From a virus (Duplodnaviria; Heunggongvirae; Uroviricota; Caudoviricetes), in IMG/VR virus record IMGVR_UViG_2585427736_000013: a stretch of DNA of 36,545 nt; one strand, 5' to 3'. Shown piece by piece: positions 35,142 through 36,545 of this stretch. Position numbers and translations under genes: made by a program. Numbering within the stretch: position 1 is the first letter of the stretch; each line of letters opens with the position of its first letter. Below the pieces are notes generated by a model that did not search any database, had not been told where the DNA came from, and was given only the letters and a program-made list of their open reading frames with translations.

Positions 35142-35483
35142 ATGGTTATCTTGTCAATAGACTATGCGGAAAAGTTGCGTCAAATACGTAAGGCAGAGGG
35201 GCTAACACAAAAGCAGTTTGCTGATATCACAGGACTATCTTTAGCAGCCATAAGGAACTATGAATCAGGGCAAAAAAGCGCCAGAGCAAAAATCGTTGAG
35301 ACTGTTTTGCAGGTAGATCGATTCGAAAAGTATATGTTGTGGTTATTAAAGGATAAAACGCTACCTGCCGCCGGGCAAATAGCCCCGGCTCTCTCTCTTG
35401 ATGGCTCTTCTCAGTCGGAGGGCGATCAGGCTTCAACCGACGCTATCCAAAAATCACCCCGATCAGGCCGCAATGCTGGCTGA
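35142..35483 (+). CDS. C: immunity repressor C (P2 C-like, HTH)
   Basis: Track frame 35028..35483; start placed at ATG 35142 with GAGAGG Shine-Dalgarno; HTH (LTQKQFADITGLSLAAIRNYESGQ) and C-terminal KYMLWLL...GQIAPAL match P2 C as recalled. Confidence 0.85.
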   Translation: MVILSIDYAEKLRQIRKAEGLTQKQFADITGLSLAAIRNYESGQKSARAKIVETVLQVDRFEKYMLWLLKDKTLPAAGQIAPALSLDGSSQSEGDQASTDAIQKSPRSGRNAG

Positions 35484-35537
35484 CGCTACACATTGAGCGA
35501 ATTGCATTTCGCAAGGAGTGCCTGATTAATTTATCCG

Positions 35538-36545
35538 TTGGAGGGGCTAATCATGTCGATTAAGCAACTCAAAGACGGACGTTATAAGGTTGATGTAAGA
35601 CCACAGGGTGCTGAGGGTAAGCGGATTCGAAAAACCTTCACCCTGAAATCGAAGGCCCAGGAGTTTGAGAGGTATGTTTTACAGAATTTTCATGACAAGC
35701 CGTGGCAGGCAAAACCAGCTGATCAGCGGCGGTTATCTGAACTGATAGAGGACTGGTGGATGCTTGACGGACGTAATCAGCCTTACGGAGATTCCTACAG
35801 GGTCAGGCTGGAAAAGGTGATACGTGAAATGGGAGATCCACGCGCCAGCCAGATGACGCGAAAATTTATGCTTGAATATCGGTCAGAGAAATTACAGGCC
35901 GGATTAATGCCGTCCAGCATTAATCGTGACTTGTGCGTTTTGTCAACGATGTTCTCAGTATTGATTGAGACGGAGGTTTTTCACAACGCGAACCCTGTAC
36001 GCGGTATACGCAAACTGAAAGTTCAGAACACAGAAATGGCCTTTCTTTCTGATGATGAGATTGATCGGCTTCTTGAGCGACTCGAAGGTGATGCGCGTCG
36101 TGTCGCCATTCTGTGTCTTTCTACGGGAGCTCGGTGGGGTGAGGCGGCGGAATTACGTGGGGAGCATATCGTCGGTAATCGCGTGACGTTCTTCAACACC
36201 AAGAACGGGAAGTCTCGTTCGGTTCCGGTGTCTGATGCCGTGCTCTCGCTGATTAAAACCCGCCGAACCGGGCCGCTGTACGATGTCGATTATCTCCGGT
36301 TTCGCGAGATCCTCCAGGAGGTGAAGCCTGATTTGCCAAAAGGACAGGCTACTCATGTGATGCGTCATACGTTCGCCACGCATTTCATGATGAACGGGGG
36401 AAACATCGTTACCCTGCAACGGATTCTGGGACATGCCACTATTCAGCAAACGATGACTTATGCGCATTTTTCACCGGACTTTTTACAGGACGCAATCAAC
36501 TTTAATCCGCTGGCTGAAAGTGTCCATAAACTGTCCATCGATTAG
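35538..36545 (+). CDS. int: tyrosine integrase
   Basis: 335 aa ending at TAG 36543-36545; C-terminal catalytic region with HxxR and conserved Tyr (HVMRHTFATHF...LGHATIQQTMTYAHF); start TTG 35538 or ATG 35553. Confidence 0.93.
   Translation: MEGLIMSIKQLKDGRYKVDVRPQGAEGKRIRKTFTLKSKAQEFERYVLQNFHDKPWQAKPADQRRLSELIEDWWMLDGRNQPYGDSYRVRLEKVIREMGDPRASQMTRKFMLEYRSEKLQAGLMPSSINRDLCVLSTMFSVLIETEVFHNANPVRGIRKLKVQNTEMAFLSDDEIDRLLERLEGDARRVAILCLSTGARWGEAAELRGEHIVGNRVTFFNTKNGKSRSVPVSDAVLSLIKTRRTGPLYDVDYLRFREILQEVKPDLPKGQATHVMRHTFATHFMMNGGNIVTLQRILGHATIQQTMTYAHFSPDFLQDAINFNPLAESVHKLSID

Larger units (their letters stand above)
1927..36545. mobile_element. P2-like prophage (about 34.6 kb within window); left boundary somewhere in 1294-1926, right att site beyond window
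   Basis: Contiguous P2-type gene content from ogr to int; the immunity-side end is truncated by the window. Confidence 0.85.

Overview
The window holds the 3' end of an enterobacterial chromosome segment (complete serS, 1..1293) followed by a near-complete P2-like (Peduovirus-type) prophage running from about 1.9 kb to the window end, where the integrase stop codon is the last triplet at 36543-36545. All calls rest on reading the six-frame translations and the DNA by eye against remembered family sequences; no database search was run. The recognisable backbone is ogr and D (minus strand), the tail module FI-FII-E/E'-T-U (plus strand), tail fibre and baseplate genes G-H-I-J-W-V-S-R, a lysis cassette, head genes X-L-M-N-O (all minus), terminase P and portal Q (plus), a cos-proximal non-coding region, replication initiator A, and a P2-type immunity region (Cox-like, C repressor, integrase). 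The most interesting content is accessory: (1) the slot between cos and gene A, where P2 carries tin/old, holds a Phd/Doc toxin-antitoxin pair, a small protein with a ClpX-type zinc-binding domain, and a ParM/ParR actin-type partition pair with a candidate centromere; (2) an AT-rich hexapeptide acetyltransferase with its own sigma70-like promoter sits between U and G; (3) the early operon carries an SPFH/band-7 lipoprotein coupled to a small membrane protein, a roughly 370-bp GC-rich non-coding stretch, and an AT-rich two-gene insertion; (4) a hok/mok-type type I toxin locus, missed by the ORF track because the toxin is 46 aa, lies between serS and ogr. The FI-U tail module is inverted relative to canonical P2 gene order (where F-E-T-U-D is one operon), so D and FI are divergent here. 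No rRNA, tRNA or CRISPR array was found. The attachment site could not be identified because only one prophage end is in the window.
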